A stretch of DNA of 25,925 nt from Gemmatimonadaceae bacterium (GTDB lineage Bacteria; Gemmatimonadota; Gemmatimonadetes; Gemmatimonadales; Gemmatimonadaceae): contig JACMOE010000134.1 in NCBI GenBank assembly GCA_014378185.1, positions 1 to 25,925 on the forward strand, read 5' to 3'. The translations under genes were made by a program, and so were the position numbers. The number at the start of each line of letters is the position of its first letter. Within the stretch, counting starts at the first letter, position 1. This document shows, one piece after another, positions 25,885 through 25,925 of this stretch. Below the pieces are notes generated by a model that worked only from the letters and a program-made list of their open reading frames with translations, was not told the origin of the DNA and made no database searches.

Positions 25885-25925
25885 CGGACGAGACCGAACG
25901 TCCACGCTACCGCCGTTCGCCCTCA

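Noticed and set aside
1-25925. CRISPR array, tRNA/rRNA, IS/transposase, phage or defence genes
   Set aside because: No regularly spaced repeats, RNA gene signatures, or recombinase/transposase motifs were seen on either strand.

Overview
GC-rich bacterial chromosomal window, mostly housekeeping or accessory metabolism. The gene content looks Gemmatimonadota-like, but that is an inference I cannot verify here. From left to right: a treZ-glgX-glgB-malQ alpha-glucan operon (first three genes overlapping by 4 bp); a separately promoted glgP followed by a bPH/SHOCT protein; a UPF0104/LPG-synthase-TM membrane protein; a Tat-exported DsrE-like protein; a stand-alone TPR protein followed by a 74-aa two-Cys lipopeptide with its own terminator; a large secreted BNR/VPS10-type beta-propeller followed by a membrane diguanylate cyclase; a plastid/Chlamydia-type enoyl-ACP reductase divergent from a cls-PAP2-2H phosphoesterase operon; a Tat-exported peptidase S51; and cysK. 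I found no CRISPR array, tRNA, rRNA, integrase or transposase. The two least explained signals are (1) a ~205-nt nested inverted-repeat element at 24542-24746 with four G·U wobbles, all on the + strand, which I could not match by eye to a known ncRNA, and (2) the TPR plus small exported peptide pair at 13829-15158, which resembles a peptide-signalling cassette. All structure and homology calls were made by eye and need computational confirmation.
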